Under the pieces are notes generated by a model that was not told where the DNA came from, did not search any database, and saw only the letters and a list, made by a program, of their open reading frames with translations. The translations under genes and the position numbers were made by a program. A DNA stretch of 62,220 nt from Acidobacteriota bacterium (GTDB lineage Bacteria; Acidobacteriota; JAQAZP01). Positions 60,661 through 62,220 of this stretch are shown piece after piece (the first letter of the stretch is position 1; each line of letters starts with the position of its first letter). The stretch lies in NCBI GenBank assembly GCA_032127265.1, contig JAQAZP010000019.1, forward strand, positions 1-62,220, in the 5' to 3' direction.

Positions 60661-61423
60661 CGGTTTCTCCGCCTTCCGTAGCGATGATTTTCACTGCTCT
60701 GGCATCGACGGGCTCTTTCAGCTTTTTCCAGACAAACTTGTGCCAGGCCCAGGGGAAGGCCCAGAAGTTCAGGAGAAAGATCGCCCAGTACCCGTTGTGT
60801 TTCTGTTCGCTGGTCAGTTCCTGATCCTTGCTGATGAGAATGCAGAAATAGACCGTCAACGAGATGGAAATGATCCCGATGACAATGAAACTGCAAAGGA
60901 TGATGGATATCATTACCTCCGGTGATCGAACTGCTTGTCCGGCCAGCACCATCACCGCGATGCCCAGGATGATCATGCAGATCGGCGCCCATGAAACAAC
61001 TCCCAGCCATATCGCCTTTTTTCGTCCGGAGGCCACCGGCGTCTCCACCGCCGGTGGCCTGTCAGGCTGATCGAGTTTGGACCAGACGAACTTGTACCAG
61101 ACCAGGGGGAAGGCCATGATGTTGGCGAAAAAGACGATCCAGCCCCAGCTGTATTTCCGGTTGCTGGTCAGGTCCGTCTCCCTGCTGATCAGGACAATGT
61201 AGAAGATGATCAGGGCGAGAGTGTAAAGGTAGGGGAGGGTGAGCATGATGACCGCCAGACCGGGCATTATGCCCGGCGCCGGTTCAGATTGTCGTGCGAA
61301 CATGAATGCACCATAGAACAGGAAAACCCAGCAGCAGGGGAGCAGCGATGCGATCCCCAGCAGCAGTGCCTGGTTCCTGGTGAAGGTCATCGGTTCTTTA
61401 ACCAGTTTCTTCGCCTCTGTCAT
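60653..61423 (-). CDS. Hypothetical polytopic membrane protein built from two tandem homologous halves
   Basis: ATG 61423 (MTEAKKLVKEPMTF..). First half ends IFYIVLISRETDLTSNRKYSWGWIVFFANIMAFPLVWYKFVWSKLDQP. Second half ends TVYFCILISKDQELTSEQKHNGYWAIFLLNFWAFPWAWHKFVWKKLKEP. Confidence 0.6.
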   Translation of the reverse strand: MTEAKKLVKEPMTFTRNQALLLGIASLLPCCWVFLFYGAFMFARQSEPAPGIMPGLAVIMLTLPYLYTLALIIFYIVLISRETDLTSNRKYSWGWIVFFANIMAFPLVWYKFVWSKLDQPDRPPAVETPVASGRKKAIWLGVVSWAPICMIILGIAVMVLAGQAVRSPEVMISIILCSFIVIGIISISLTVYFCILISKDQELTSEQKHNGYWAIFLLNFWAFPWAWHKFVWKKLKEPVDARAVKIIATEGGETDD

Positions 61424-61498
61424 GGTGCAGATTTCCAGTGCCGGATCGCGGCCCGAAGGAAAGACACACCGCCTCTTGCACACGGCCCCCATGGAGTG

Positions 61499-61882
61499 TT
61501 ATTTGCCGCTCATCCCCAAATACATCCCCCCGAAATATGGCACCAGCCAGATAATCCAGACGAAGAGGCTGTAGCGGTGGAAGGTGGACCGGGCCCGCTC
61601 GGTCACTTTCCTCGCCACGTGGGTGGCCCAGACGGCGTGGATCAGCATCAGCCAGAGCGCGATCTGGCCGGTGAGGGTGTGGGGTTCGAGGATGTCGAAC
61701 TTTCCCTCGGCCAGGGCGTGCATGGCCAGGGTACCCGAGATGTCGAAGACCAGGCCGGTCCAGAAGGCGGCCACGTGCCACGGCTTGAGGTAGCGGGCGA
61801 TCCGCTCGGCCCAGACCCCGAGGGAGTAGAAGAGCAGGGCCAGGGTGATGAGGGTGAAGGACGAAATGAGCAGTATCGGCAT
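61499..61882 (-). CDS. HsmA-family (TIGR03987-like) small membrane protein
   Basis: ATG 61882 is preceded by GGAGAAAGA. MPILLISSFTLITLALLFYSLGVWAERIARYLKPWHVAAFWTGLVFDISGT... has four TM segments. The family assignment is from memory. Confidence 0.5.
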   Translation of the reverse strand: MPILLISSFTLITLALLFYSLGVWAERIARYLKPWHVAAFWTGLVFDISGTLAMHALAEGKFDILEPHTLTGQIALWLMLIHAVWATHVARKVTERARSTFHRYSLFVWIIWLVPYFGGMYLGMSGK

Positions 61883-61977
61883 TCTTTCTCCTCTGTCGGC
61901 CATGTCTGAAAGTGGGGTTGCGTACTGCCGGGATCGTACCAGCTCCCCTGAATATAACTCTGATGGATGGTAAGCCG

Positions 61978-62220
61978 CTACTGCCGTGCGAAGATAATCA
62001 GGCCCAGTATTCCACGGGTCAGCAGGCCGATGCCGATGAAGGCGTGAAACCAGTTGACCGCCGGAAAGGCGACATAGATCAAGCCCAGCGCCGCGGCCAC
62101 CGGGATTCCTTCGAGGGACTGGACCTTGTGGGCCAGTTGCAGTTCACGCTCGTCAAGATTGGCTTTGACGGTCATGGCCAGCGCCACGAAGAAGATCAGC
62201 ATTCCGGCAAGGCCGATGTC
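61978..62220 (-). CDS. Hypothetical membrane protein, probably 5'-partial (the frame is open to the right edge)
   Basis: ..MLIFFVALAMTVKANLDERELQLAHKVQSLEGIPVAAALGLIYVAFPAVNWFHAFIGIGLLTRGILGLIIFARQ. The in-frame codons upstream of the first Met (DIGLAG) continue to position 62220. Confidence 0.4.
   Translation of the reverse strand, partial: DIGLAGMLIFFVALAMTVKANLDERELQLAHKVQSLEGIPVAAALGLIYVAFPAVNWFHAFIGIGLLTRGILGLIIFARQ

Overview
GC-rich bacterial chromosomal segment. I cannot assign a taxon by eye. The gene content (reverse rubrerythrin, DUF507 pair, many PAS/GAF hybrid kinases) suggests an anaerobic or sediment-type organism. I support about 50 protein-coding genes. I found no rRNA, tRNA, CRISPR array, transposase, integrase or phage gene. 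The left end (1-13.3 kb) and parts of the middle carry signal-transduction genes: four sensor kinases, three of them hybrid. The right end (54-62 kb) is ordinary metabolism and transport with a few decayed genes. The main feature is a block from about 13.4 to 54 kb full of very large signal-peptide-bearing proteins built from interchangeable modules. Five of them have unrelated heads (M14 carboxypeptidase, M1 aminopeptidase, S8 subtilase, C25 gingipain-like peptidase, and a 7-blade FG-GAP/VCBS propeller). All five end in the same ~330-aa C-terminal FG-GAP cassette: five DxDGDG units plus split opening and closing strands. A second, unrelated ~120-aa tail ending in DVTPAP(Y/W)N(Q/R)PPY..AG is shared by three other loci. 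A tandem paralog pair (13461..15284 and 15383..17833) has the same head but carries one tail each, so the domain swap is directly visible. My leading hypothesis is that the cassette is a portable surface-display or docking tag for a secreted proteolytic arsenal. This needs HMM, structural and proteomic tests. Many long ORFs in the supplied track are antisense shadows typical of GC-rich DNA and were rejected. Where start codons differ from the track, I derived them from residue offsets plus signal-peptide or RBS context; they remain predictions.
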